From Laetmonice hystrix (taxonomy: Eukaryota), in NCBI GenBank assembly GCA_965235115.1, contig OZ249437.1, positions 16,182,001-16,246,000 on the forward strand: 64,000 nucleotides of DNA, in the 5' to 3' direction. Below, piece after piece: positions 12,001-29,385 of the stretch (the first letter of the stretch is position 1; the number at the start of each line of letters is the position of its first letter). The notes under the pieces were generated by a model, which had not been told where the DNA came from, did no database searches, and saw only the letters and a program-made list of their open reading frames with translations. The position numbers and the translations under genes are program-made.

Positions 12001-15000
12001 AAGTTACCTGCCATCTCTTGCCTGTATCAGGACATTGTGGGAGGGGAATTCATCTTCAGTTTTACTGCAAACAAAATTTCCAGTTACTTAACAGCTTGCA
12101 TGGGAAGAGAGAAAAGTAAGCAGGTTTCTCACCAGAGATTTACGACAGCATAGGGGGACCGGAGGGGTGAAACCTCCCCCCCCCCCCCCTCCCAAGCTCT
12201 GGTAATTTAGGCTATTGTAGAGCCTTATCTTGCAGTCTAGATCTAAGCCAGATGAGAAAGGTTTGCTAAATTGGACAGTGAGTAATTTGAGTAAACAATC
12301 AACATTTTACCAGTATTCCTGTGGGTTCTGTTAAATTTAAACAAGTTTTTACCAAGTACATGAATACACAACGTAGCAACCCAGTATGCAGAAAAAGGCT
12401 GGCGAGAACACTGGTATGATTAAGAATTCTTTCCAGTTTTTTTTAAACGACAGTATAATTTATGATATATGCTCTCATTCATGGTTTTCTTTTCAGCGCC
12501 AGCCCCATCAACAGTAACTCCGATCTTGGGAACCAAGTGTTTGGATATTGGGAAACACAGACACAAGCAAGCATGGTTCACATCGAGAGGTCCGGGGAAC
12601 TGCAGCCGAGTCTCACATTTAGACGACAAACGCATCATGGAGGAAGCAATCACAACCAATCAGATTGTTTTCACGTTCCAGTTCCCACTACCACGTCAAC
12701 ACATGGAACTGGACATGTCTCGATGGTTTCAGACCATTCTAACAGTGCTACAAGTTGACGTGGATTACAGCACTAAGGCACCGATGAGTGAGTCAAGTTT
12801 TATGTATAATCTGCCAGTGAACTGTTTTACAAGTTCTGGTTTTGCTAGGGAGGGGACACTTTCACCTTGCAATACATCTAGGCCTACAGTGTTACTCAAC
12901 TTACTGCTATGTATTGTACTGATAGCCAGTTACTGGCAGTTAGATTTTAATTTATCAGGTTGGGTGTCCAATTTTAAGCCAGAATTAACAGGTTTGCTTC
13001 CTTGAATATTCCTCAATTCAGCAAATTATACAAACTTTTACAGGAACTGCTTTTCAAGCTTTGAACTACATTATGTTTTATGAAAATGATTTCATAGTGT
13101 TCACCCAGGATTTTATCATTTTTTAGCAGGTGGAAAAGCCTTGCTCACTATGGATGTACGCCTGGGTTATCGAAACAAGGGGGAAGAGAATTGGACTGAA
13201 ATTGTACGGTCAACGGAGGAAAGAAATCTCAGATGTGAAGTGCAGCAGGTAATCAAAAATATTGGTTTTAAATAAATCAATAAGTGATAATTTATCATTT
13301 ATTTTAAACTAACACACACACAAAACTTTGGGACTTGAAACTTGCAGGACTGATAAAAATGTAGAGATTACAGTTCTAAAGAAAAGGTCTTTTCAGGGGG
13401 GGAAAAAGTTCTCCGCTGACAAGATTCTACCTCTCCGATATCTGAATATCTTCTGCTCTGATGTGTACACACACTTAACAAGATTGATTGGATGCAGATT
13501 ATTAACATGGTGATTATGTACTAACGTTTTCTTTCCCTCAATGGTTGTCTATTTTTGCTTGCCTTTGCCTCATAGAATGGGACTTCTGTCCATGCGGTAA
13601 GTTTTGAAAGTGTTATGCTGAATATAGGTCTGAAAAATACAAGAGAAAGTTCTGATACTCTGTAATGTTACAAAGTAATGCTACGACTGTTAGACAGCTC
13701 CAATGTTATGTTTCTATACATAGCTGCTTGAAATCTAGGAAAAGTGTGCACAGAATGATTGGTGTACATGTTGTACATATTTATACACAAAGGTCTTAGA
13801 ATATATTAAGGGGTGGTGGCCAGCATAAGAATTAGGGTCTCTAAAGAAAAAGTGAATGCTGCCCCCCTTCCCCCACAAAAAACTCTCAAAGCGAACAATG
13901 GTGAACTGACTCTTTAGGGGAACTATGTGTTTAAAAACTTGTGAGAACCTTCCCTTTGGCAGCATGGAATATGCCAAAAATCCCTCAAAGGCTAATAAGG
14001 AAAGGGTTACAGCCATGGTTCTGGGAAAAAGAATGGGTAAAATTGGTGAAAATTATATGTAGGTTCTAAACAACACTTGTACGAAACAATTCCACTTGTC
14101 TGCATGTCAATGAAATACATTGATTTGAAAAGCAAAGTACATAGACGTGTCATTTCTCTTACTTGACATTGCAAACAGAATGGAACGCTCATTCAAGTGG
14201 TAAGTACAGGTCTACAAAACTGCCAATTTAGTTACTCATCACCTATCATTTTAAATACCCGGTAGCAAGAAACATAATTGGGCTGCTAGAAAAGATCTAG
14301 CTCTGAGACAATTTGCAAAGATTATCACAAATATGCGTGCTATGTGCATTTTTGCCTTAACTCCTGGGTCATGAATAAATTTTGTACATTTTCACAATGG
14401 TAATTGACCCCAGCCAGTAGTACTACCAATATTGTATACCGAATATCACATGTACTATGTAGTGGTAAAGGTTCATTGAAGACCCAAAAATCGGATTTTT
14501 TGGACGCAGAGTTCAGCGACTGTCTTTGCTGACTGATACAAAAATAGAGAATATCATCACAGTTGAACTAAGAATCCAACTCGACTCCTCATTTATATTA
14601 GAACTGTTTGTGGATGATAATAACAACCTTGTTGACCTGACTAGTCCCGGACCCCTGATATAATTTGTGTACCCTGTCCTCGCCCCAGAATGGCACGTTT
14701 ATCGAGGTAAGTCTCCCGTTGAGTTGGAGGAATTACTAGTTATTGTTAGCAGAGCTGTTGTCCTAGTTATATAAAATAGTTTGACATTTGTGGTGCACAT
14801 GTAACTGTAGATCATCTATCATTCTGTAAAAAAACTCGGAATTGAAACTCACAGAGCTGCTGTCCCAAGATAGATTAGACTAGATTTTATTGACGAAAAC
14901 TGAATACAACTTACAAGGCAAGGCGATTATCTGACTTTTCATAATTCTAGATACAGACTTTGCTATATATGGTAACGCAGAACTTTCAAAAAGTGTATGC

Positions 15001-18000
15001 AGCAGGGCTCATAATTTAAATGTTTTGTTTAATCAAGGGAAAGCAGCTCTGGACAGTGAGCATTGAGAATGAGTCCCTGATCAAATTAGAATATCATATC
15101 ACATAAATTATGACATCGTCTCCAATATCAGACTCAATATTCACTTCATTTCCTGTGACAAGGTGGACATCACCAATGTTTTGTATTTTGCCAAGGACTA
15201 TCAGCACTTGTCCAAGATAGTACCCCTTCTAGCGTGCACCTGGTGCATCACTGCATGGATCTGTGCCTAGTACGATTTCTGATTTTGTCTAGAATCAGTT
15301 TTATGGCTTGTTAATTTGAATCTGTCAGGCTGTCACTAGTAGCACTGCACTGGTCATGTGCTCACAGTACGAGTAATTTGTTGTTCCCCTTTGTTTGGTC
15401 AAGGTTGTAATATCAGGAAGGTAATTACCAAAGTTAACATTGATGAGTGATACAGATTCTGATCCAAGTCACTCAAAGTTCATGTGGTAACTAATAGAGA
15501 GGTTTCACCACACGTTTTGCACCGTACGTGAGGCAAGGTCACGACCTGACCACCGGTACAGGTTCCGTCAGGCAGAGTTGTTTTACTATGAGTCCCTCGA
15601 ACGCTCTAGCCTAGACCCCTGTGCATTGGGCACAGTTTAGTTTAAGTTAGGACAGAGCTGGTCAGGAGGCAAAATGTGCTCAGTTTAATTCCATATTATC
15701 ACTTATTTCCAACCATGGTTTACATGTCAAACACTTGAACTCAACATACATGTATGTTTTTATGGTACATACGTGTTAAGGTTATTCTGCAATTTAATCT
15801 TATATTTAAAAAAAAATTTTTGGGTACACGGTACTGGTAAACTCGCCTCCAGACGTCCGATGCATGGTCTTTACGGGTACCTTTATCAGATGAGTGCACA
15901 TTTCGGTCAAAGTTGTGTCACCCGTCAGTCTACCCGTACCCGTTCGGACCTGCAAAACCTCGCTAATATTTAAAGGTGGGGCCAGGTAGGCAGACAGGAA
16001 TTGAATTGAAATGTACGTTTTTTCCAAAGAGTTTTGGCTGTGGCAGTTCATCTAATGTTCTCTCCTCCTGTCGTGGGTTTTAAAATGAGATACAGTGAAG
16101 TGATTGGTGTCGATTTATCATAACTTGGAGCATAAGTTGGTAATGTACAATATATCTGAGACTCCGAGGGATTGTGCATTGTAAAACTTGGAGTCAGATC
16201 GGATGTAAAACTTGAGTAATAATAGTTTGACAAACTTAGACTGTTACAGAAATTGTAAGACTGTTCATTTTACTTTGTGCTTCATTTTCGAACAAGGTGA
16301 TTTTTTGAAGGCTTTTGGTCCTTATCTATTTCTTGAAACTTTCTTGTGACTTTGAATAGTTTTTTATTTCTTTTATGAAATAATTGTGATTAATATTTTA
16401 ATATATTAGTAACACAGGCAGCAAATTTTAACAAAAACTTGCTAGAGCTGGAGTCAAATACTAAATCTTGGTTTTTAAAGATACATGTATAAAGTAAATT
16501 GTGAATTCTGTTCTCTCTAAATCTCCTTCAGACCGCAGAGGATTACCCGATGAAATGTGACATCTTGCCATTCTTTGAGCTCGGGAGCTCACACCATGAT
16601 TTCTACCTCGTGAACATCCGACTCCCTGTTCATGTTGAGTCTGGAATGAACATCGATATTGGAAAAATAAAGGACTTGTGGCTTGTTGTGAGTAGACTCC
16701 AAGTAATATTGTATTTGAGAATTGCCCTTAACTTGCTTTTATCTTTGGTTGAAAAACTGGCTCATCTCAATAAAAGGCCATGGGGCAGAGTTAGAAGAAG
16801 TTTTAGCTGCAGGTTATTATACTTTATATCATATAGTGATCTTGATATGATGATATTAGGCTAAACATGTTTTGTTATTTTAATGTAAATCCCCATGATT
16901 GTGACCCAGGAGATACACCAGAACGGAGGGTTCACAAAGGTTTGGTTGTCGATGAAGACTGTCGTCTTTCCCCTGCTCCTTGTCATCCTCTGCTGGTTCT
17001 GGAAGCGGATTGTACAGCTTGACCGCACATCCATGCTGCTAGAACGGTTTGTGCACATTGCCTTTAGAATCAACTAAAACTCCTTGTAGCACTTCTAGAA
17101 TGTATTGTTGAATTGAAGTTTAGACATTTTTGTTACTGGGAGTTTCTGACATGGTAAGTTACAAAATGTGCCTTTACTTTACAGGACCTTGTTTGCCCTC
17201 GGACTCGTGTTGAGTCTCCAGAACTGTAAGTGTAAAACGTCCTAGAAACCATGATCTGCTGCACATTAGTTTTGTCGCAGCTTTTGATTTGGAAAATATT
17301 ATTAGATATTTTCACTCCCAATTTCCATGAGCGTCTCTACCGTGAGTGATATGACTAAGGGTGGTAATGTATTTTTTGCCCGGGCAGTACCTCTGGAATG
17401 GCTGACTCTCCATTTCTACATGCCGTACATGATGCTGCTAGGCGACATCCGTCAAGGTCTCTTCTATGCCATGCTGCTATGTTTCTGGATTATTTTTACT
17501 GGAGAGCACATGATGGTAGGTGCTATTGTTACTTTGGTGTTTCCCAATATGACATTTCTCAAACATTAAACAGTATTACCAATAATGTATACATTTAATA
17601 AAGAATAAGTTTTTTTTCTTTACCTATACACATGAGTTCAAGACACTCCCTGTGGTATTGTAAAATTTCAGAAGAAAGAGACAATAGATTTTAGCAAACT
17701 GTGTGAAGCATAGATTGTAATTGACCTATATAATATATGTGTGACATATTTCAGGATCAGATTGAGAGAAACCGACTGTTCATGTACTGGAAACATCTTA
17801 GTGCTGTCATCTTTGGCTGCATTTGTCTGTTCGTCTTTGAGATGTGTGAAAGGTACGTTCTTTGATTGATCGTGTCATTACCATTACAATCTGTCATCTG
17901 GATTTTCAAAGAATGTGAAACTATGTACAATTTTAATATTGATTGATGGTGTCCCAAGTTAAATGTTGTTAACCTTATGTTTGCAGACAAATTTTGCTCT

Positions 18001-20820
18001 TTGCACTGAGTTGTTTCTTGTCTTGTTTTTCTTGCCCAGTTTTGCAGTTTTACTATGTGATTCTCATGACTTTTCTAACATTTGTTTCAGAGGCGTTCAA
18101 CTCACCAACCCATTCTACAGTATCTGGGTCACAGAAACTGGAACAACGCTTGCCGTATCCTTGAACACTATTATGTCATAGTGAGTGCCAAAGTTTCATT
18201 TGGTACTACTGAGTTTGAGCTTGCGTGACCTTCAAAAGTCAATTACACATAATTTAGAAAACATAAAATGTCCTTAACTTATTTGTTAGCTGGCATTCAT
18301 TGTCCTAGCGGGAGCGGCAGCATGTCTCTATTTCCTCTTCCTTTGCTACATGATCTTCCGTGTCTTCCGCAACATCTCAGCCAAGAAGAGCGCATTGCCC
18401 TCAATGAACAAAGCGCGTAGAAAATACTACATGGTAAGTGTGTCCCCAGAAATCTTAAAATTTTACATTGTACTCCTCAAAGATTAAATTTTTAACTGTA
18501 GCTCATGTAGATGACAGACGTTTACATTATTGGAGTGCTGACGTAATTGCAGGCAAGATACTTTAGTAAAGCTTCAACTACCTTGATGTGAAATTATCAT
18601 GATGGTTGCTGAGGTCCCAGGCCACCCTGGAACATTCACTAAGATGATAAACACAGGACATAACCAGTTCTTGAAACCAATTTTCTCATTATTTTCCGCA
18701 TCTCTCGGGGCAATAAGTTGATCTGTATTATGTTGCTGATTGCAGGGTCTGATCTACCGGTTCCGCTTCCTGATGGTGGTGACCCTGGTGGCTGCGGCGG
18801 TGACGGTGATCTTTTTCATCATCTCGCAGGTCTCGGAGGGACAGTGGAAGTGGGGTAGTGAGGAACCACAACATTTCACTCTCGAGTACACATCAGCTTT
18901 CTTCACCGGTATGGCACTCTACTCTCTACCCTAGTTTTTCCTCCCTAGGCTCTTTGTTACAAAATCATTTTCTATGGATTTGAATAATCTTGAAAACTCA
19001 TTCCTGGATCCTCAGTAGCAGGTTTGCCCTAATGTGCACTAATGTGACACGTTTACCATTTCTTTCAGAACATTTTTCTCTCAAACAAATGATCTCCCAG
19101 AATTTTCACATTTTATACTAGCCTCTAATTGCTTGTGACTATATTGTGCTTGTATGAAAGGAATTAAATACTGTCAAACAGTTACTGAGTTATAAATGGT
19201 GTATTTTTATTGAAGATCTCATTGTCATGTCTTAATGGTTGTCTTGATGTATTAAGTAATGTTATTAAGTATGTAATTATTTTAGTAAACTGATAATAAT
19301 TACCGTACATTAATTGTCAGTTTTTTATTAGACACGCATACCTTCAATATACATGTAGTTGTATTTTATAGTGAAAATAAAATAGTGAAATGAAAATAGT
19401 GAAAGACATTGGTGTCTCAGTAAGAAAATGTGTAATGACAAGTGTACCCTAAATTTGAGCCCCAAGTTATTCAGGTTACCATGATAACATTGTATTGATT
19501 GGTTCAGGTGTGTATGGTATGTGGAACCTGTACGTGATTGCTCTCCTAATACTCTACGCCCCGTCACACAAACACATCACTGTGCTCGAGACAGGTAGGT
19601 GGCTCTATATAAAAAACAGGGATTTGAAGTTGTCTTGGATCAGTTGGTTTTTTAATCAAATGAACCAACATAACCTTTTTTAAAATCGTTAAAATGAGTA
19701 GCATCATTCATTTCTCTACAAATTTTTTTATTAATGATATCTTAGCAAGACGTTTATTTCCTTTCTATGTCTCCCGGGGGTTGTGCTGCAAAAATAAAAA
19801 GATTCAGCGAGTGACTTGCCTACCTGCTTGGTGGATGATCAGTCTCAACTCCTGGGCCCGGTTTTTTTGTTTTGTGCTTACCGTGAGCTGAGAAGTTGTG
19901 AGCTGAGCAGCATTTTACTGCTCACGTGAGCAGTGCTCACCGTGAGCAGCTATTCGGGTTTTTTTGTTTAATCTGAGCAGCTGCTCATGTGAGCACTTGC
20001 TCACGGTGAGCAAGACACCGTAACCAAGGATATATGACGGAACAGTCTATTGTCATCACTCAGAGAAGGTGACGTCACAGTACTTTTGGAACTATTATAG
20101 ACTTGAACAGTAGGGCCTCATTTCTAACGTCACAATGACAGCTGTGCCTGTGGCCGCGGTGTGACCCTGCCATGGCCAGAGTGGACACTGTCAGAGTATT
20201 TTCAGCAACAGGCTGCTCTCAAAATCCTTTTTAAATTCAGAAACGTTATATGCAGGCTTATGGAGAACAACATTCTGCTCCCCGTGGTCAAATTAAGTAA
20301 AAGAAAGGAAGACAAAATTTATGTAAATTTGAGTGAAATTCTCCCTTGCTCACCCTTGCTCACGACACCGTGAGCATCCTCCTTAGCTTGCTCACGTCTC
20401 ACGGAAATTTCGTGAGCAAATCTCACGAAAAGTGCTGCTCACAAAAACAAAAAAACCGGCGCGCTGTGCTCAGCCTGAGTCAGCTCACGAAAATGCTGCT
20501 CAGCTCACGAAAAGTGCTGCTCAGCTCACAAAAAGTAAACAAAAAAACCGGGCCCTGACCTCTAGACTAGCATAGAAACTAATGACAGTCGGATTGATTT
20601 AAAAGCTGACATCGTGGCGTATATTCGTTTGGCCATGCTCAGTGAAACCGTATTTTGTTATATCTCAAATTAATTTGTTTTAAAATACAAATAAAATTTT
20701 AAAATATGGTAAATGTTCTTTGTTACAGAAGAGAGCAATGAAGAAGAAGTGGAGTTCACAAACATCGCATCGGAAGCTTCGGTCTTGACGGCATTTGCCA
20801 AGAAGGCTGCTGCGGATTAA
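9018..20820 (+). CDS. WLS: Wntless (WLS/Evi/GPR177), Wnt secretion mediator
   Basis: Exons 9018-9123 ([17 protein letters not shown]...FFLIGGLI), 12497-12787, 13130-13248, [microexons 13576-13596, 14179-14199, 14689-14706], 16532-16687, 16910-17046 ([11 protein letters not shown]), 17185-17225, 17388-17515 ([25 protein letters not shown]), 17755-17852, 18091-18154 ([13 protein letters not shown]), 18290-18433, 18746-18908, 19508-19594 ([20 protein letters not shown]) and 20729-20820 (stop). Frame is continuous. Confidence 0.97.
10804..10968. mobile_element. 165-bp MITE in WLS intron 1
   Basis: TIRs GGGTGCGTTTC / GAAACGCACCC. The interior is made of AAAGA(G/C)TCTTT-like palindromic motifs. 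Confidence 0.6.
11142..11324. mobile_element. CAGGGGCGGATC-type MITE with 6-bp TSD
   Basis: TIRs CAGGGGCGGATC / GATCCGCCACTG; TGATAT is duplicated on both flanks. Confidence 0.8.
13576..13596 (+). CDS. WLS: WLS microexon 1 (21 nt, NGTSVHA)
   Basis: tttttgcttgcctttgcctcatag|AATGGGACTTCTGTCCATGCG|gtaagt; phase 0-0. Confidence 0.75.
14179..14199 (+). CDS. WLS: WLS microexon 2 (21 nt, NGTLIQV)
   Basis: cttacttgacattgcaaacag|AATGGAACGCTCATTCAAGTG|gtaagt; phase 0-0. Confidence 0.75.
14689..14706 (+). CDS. WLS: WLS microexon 3 (18 nt, NGTFIE)
   Basis: ccctgtcctcgccccag|AATGGCACGTTTATCGAG|gtaagt; phase 0-0. Confidence 0.75.
18155..18289 (+). other. U12-type (minor spliceosome) GT-AG intron in WLS
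   Basis: Donor GTATCCTTG; branch motif TCCTTAAC at 18271-18278, 11 nt before the end of the intron; no long polypyrimidine tract. Confidence 0.85.
19854..20555. mobile_element. About 700-bp TIR element in the last WLS intron
   Basis: TIRs GGGCCCGGTTTTTTTGTTT / AAACAAAAAAACCGGGCCC, with many subterminal GTGAGC/GCTCAC motifs. No clean TSD. Confidence 0.75.
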
Positions 20821-23439
20821 AGAAGCATGGTTTCCTCCTGGCTGATTTCTGCCTCGACATCCAGCAATAATTGGACATATATCAGTAAGATTCTTAGTGA
20901 TAGCTTTCAATTTTATCTGTATTATCATCATGAATAGATCATACTCTTAGGTGACTAGAATTTTTTACATGGTGTTGCAGATTTTTGCCAGAAATTAAAA
21001 ATATGTATTGTAGGCATCAGCCAGAGATTTCCCCAGATTCTAAAAGTCTTAAAATCTGTATAACTATGAGATTTGAATTTCTCCTTCTTCCTTTTTCTTA
21101 AATCATGTACACGTATTTGTATTGTCGGTTATGGACAGCTCGACCTTATGTTATACTGCCATTGTCACTGTGAATTATCCGATATCTTTGCTGCCGTGTA
21201 ATCAGCACTGGTAGAAAGGTTATCTACCACAATGACGTGTTGAAATCCTGCTGTCTCCATGAGTGGTTCTACAGGGGACCTGATGTCGTTAAGATGAAAC
21301 AGATTTTTTAAAATCAAAAGCTCTACAACAGACTTTTTTTAGAACCCTTTTTCACAAAATGTGCAACGACTTTCAGTGTGCACCTATTTTGTGATCTTCA
21401 TGTGCCAAAGGTTTGCTGGACAAAAAAAAGTCCCATTTGACAGGGTCCAGGATGCAATAAACCAGAGATCAAATCAGACTAAGAAAAGAGACCATCTAAT
21501 TTCATTAGATGAGGAGAGAAATTCATGCATTATACGTTTGGCTATTTCCATGGAAATAGAAGAGAAAATGGAATCTCACTTGGTCTATGATACGTGTATT
21601 TAAAATGTTGTGTCGAACCGTCAGATGTATAGTTCCATATTGATGTAGTTACTATTTCAATTACTATTATTTATAATTTTATTATCGCATACATGTTCCC
21701 TACAATAATATGGTGAGGGTTCTTGTATAGGCCAGGTAGTAAATGTATTACAGTTTGTTCGTGTAGTGTTGGTATCTGCCTTTATCATCAGAGGAGACGT
21801 TTGAGGGTAGAGATTGTGGGTTTGTGCGACCGTCTGGAACCCTCTCTAAGTTGAAGGCATCAATCGTTGTGATATCTTCAACACAACGTCCTTAGTGACG
21901 ACTTAACCAGAGGCAAAGGCGTCGGATACCAAGTGTGGTTCTCGCACCGTTGTCAGCATCCACGCAGCATTTATTTTCTGTTAAAGGGTATTTAAAGTTT
22001 GTTTTTTGAGCAACAAATTGGTGAGAGGACAGAATTTATTAATGAAAAGTATCGATTTGTTTTATTTTCATGAAATGGGCCAAATTTGAAGTAGGTAAGC
22101 TGTGACACTAACAGATAAAAGATTTACTAACGTGCATTTATTTTGAAGTTATAGATCACAATGTTATAATGATTGGTGAACATGTGGTCGCGTGGTGGAG
22201 AGGCCAGATTTGTCGTAGTTATAAGGCATGAATACATTCTTGTAAATAAGTGTTGTCTACTTGTAGATCAAAACAAAATGTATTCATTTTGTGAAATCAT
22301 GTCTGTTAGTACTGGTTTCGAAAAACCAGAATCAGTTGTATTTGTTTAAAAAAGTCTAAAGTTGAAAATGATAATGTGAAAATGATACAATTATATGGGG
22401 ATCTACCTGGTCACAGGGTCACAAATTTTCTGGATTAGGAATGGTTCCCTAATCACTTTATTTTTGTGCATCATGTTTATTTTTGTAATAAGAAATAATT
22501 TTTTGAGAAGGATTTGTTTTGACTTTGGTAATTAAGAGCATGGACACCCTGAACGTTGAGAAGGTCAGCTGGCCACAGATGGGGCAGGGTAGGATGGTGC
22601 TAGGATCTAAAACGCCAAAGAACACACCTTTATATATATATATCATTATATTGACAATAGTTTTGGCCCGTCAGCCTCAACAGGGTCAGTTACACCAATG
22701 CTAGCGACTAGAGTGGAAAACTTCTGCAGGGTACTTGGAAGGGTTAAATTACAAAAACAAATCTTTAATAGAAAACATAATATTGAATTCATTAAAATAT
22801 ACCAGCTGCTTTAGTACGATTTATATTTTGAAAAGCAGATTTATGACAAGTAAGAAAACCAAAATCTCATGTTGCAGAATTGTATTCAAGAATTCATGAA
22901 TGAAAACGAACAAGATTTATAGGAAACCATGACATAACGAGGGTGCATGATGCTCGAGTCCCATTTTGTATGGCATGGTTTCTCGGAGGAATGACGTCGT
23001 GACTAAAAACTTTTTGATGACACGATATTCACAGGTATCACAATGGAATAAGTCTCCATGTACCCGGTATTCTAGAGACTATTTCAGGTATTGGAATGTT
23101 TAGAATGTCGGGCATTGTAAGGTACTTTTATGATGCTATTTCATCCATATTCTACTGTAGAGATTTATTGTAGAGATTATTTTTGAAATAAATAGATATA
23201 AATATCCTAAAGGCTGCTTTGACTTTATCTTGAGTAGTATTGATATGTTGAAGGCACTCATGCCCGATTTATTTATGAATCATATATTTATACCAGTCCG
23301 GTTTGTAGGCCACATTCCCTGGCTATGCACCACCTAGGTCTTCCACTGTGTCCTATAATACAATAAAGAAAGGGGATCCCTCCATATCTAATTATATACT
23401 GGTAATAGAATATATGAAGGGATCTATTACAGGGAATAT

Positions 23440-23675
23440 AGGTCAATCAGACCTTGGGATTCCGGAAATATAGGTTAATCAGACTCAGAGATTCTGGGAA
23501 TATAGGTCAGTCAGACCCGGGGATTCTGGAAATATAGGTCAGTCAGACCCGGGGATTCTGGAAATATAGGTCAATCAGACCCAGGGATTCTGGGAATATA
23601 GGTCAATCGGAGCCAGGGATTCTGGAATAGTTTATAAGTCAATCAGACCTCGGGATTTTGGGAATATAGGTCAAT
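23440..23675. repeat. About 31-32-bp minisatellite (about 7-8 degenerate copies) between the convergent WLS and ARMH1 genes
   Basis: Unit approximately GGATTCTGG(G)AATATAGGTCA(A/G)TCAGACCCGG. Confidence 0.85.
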
Positions 23676-24845
23676 CGTATCGGGGGGACTTCGAACTATG
23701 TTACACTTGATCTAGTCTAGTAGAGTACTTTACAGGTGCCTGCTGTATTCCTTCCATAAACATAAAGTACTGGAATTAAGCAGACCTAGTTCATCTTATC
23801 CCCGACAGGGGGATGATAGAAGAGCTAGGCTCAACCTTTTTCTTTCGTTCTTTCTGGTTTTAAACCATGTCACAGACATATCACACATGTATAATAGTAG
23901 TAGTAGTATTTATTGACAAAAGTGTGGTACTGTACAAGGGGAAAATTAGGGCTAAGCACGGTCTTCTGTCCAAAGGTGAAAAGAACAAAAAGATAAGATA
24001 ATGAAAAAAAAAAAGAAAAAAGAAAAATGTTACTTTTGCTTGGAGCGGAGTTATACTGTAGACTGAAAATCGGTAAACTATAATCAGGAAATCACAAATA
24101 TATACATAATACAGGAATAAATTACTTAAACTTTTCAAAAATGTCCCAGCACAGTCTAGCAATTTGTTTGCTCTGCCCCTCGGTAGGGTCAAGGTTGATG
24201 TGGTTCATTGGTTGGCCTATGGCCTCGGAGCAGCGCAAACGGGCAGCTAGAGTCAATGGGCACTGGGTCAGGACAATACAAATCGACAGTTGTGTTTATG
24301 ATTTTATTGACATCAACTATGTACAAGCAAATTTTTTATTTGACATGATTTGACTAGTCTTTTGTTTTAAATATATTTGAAACTAATATGACATACGTTA
24401 TTACCATAAAGATTCGCGATATCAATTTTACTACTTTTAGATATGGAGTACTAGTTATAGACCAGTTAGCCGTATTGTAGAATTTCTTGACCCACGCCGA
24501 CATATCTCTGTGCCCCCAAATTACTGGTTGGCAGTACAGGTAAGGGATTTGCTGTACGGAAATATTTACAAAAAATACCAAGAATTCGCTTCAAGTTATC
24601 TCTTTATAACAAAAGCAAATTTTCTTTTATTTGATCTTTTTTCATTTTTTATTCTTATTATTACTTTTTGTATCTTTGCCAAAATGTAGGACAGCATGTT
24701 CAGCTTCTAACAAACGCAGTGCATGGTCTACATCCAAGGGAACCGTTGGACTCCATTCTTGTGCTGTGATCGGAGTAGTTATACCGTACCCTCGGCCACT
24801 GCCAAACACAGACCACACACTTGGTATCTTCCATCTTCAATGTTA

Positions 24846-25020
24846 AGTTTATCATATGTAGTACGCTGAGATAAACAATTACTTTTTTTAACGTACATCT
24901 TCAATGAGTACACTAATGGTAAGTTTATCATAGTACGCTGAGATAAACAATTACTTTTTTTATCCTACATCTTCAATGGGTACACTAATGGTAAGAGTTT
25001 ATCATAGTACGCTGAGATAA
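24846..25020 (-). repeat. Triplicated 72-74-bp segment containing an acceptor site at the ARMH1 3' end
   Basis: ttatctcag|CGTACTA occurs three times on the minus strand, with exon starts at 25011, 24937 and 24865. Confidence 0.75.
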
Positions 25021-25109
25021 AAGATTTTCGGGTATGTTTATAACACTGTTTGACTGTACAGTACTTTACATGGAAAGGAAGACTACGAGTAGAGACCAGA
25101 CTCATATAC

Positions 25110-29385
<4,276 letters not shown>

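Noticed and set aside
15067-15090. Possible fourth sequon microexon (AG|AATGAGTCC, NES) in the WLS intron
   Set aside because: No polypyrimidine tract and no GT donor at a compatible distance.
19475-19488. RFX X-box-like GTTACCATGATAAC
   Set aside because: A single motif in a WLS intron next to an acceptor, with no supporting promoter context.
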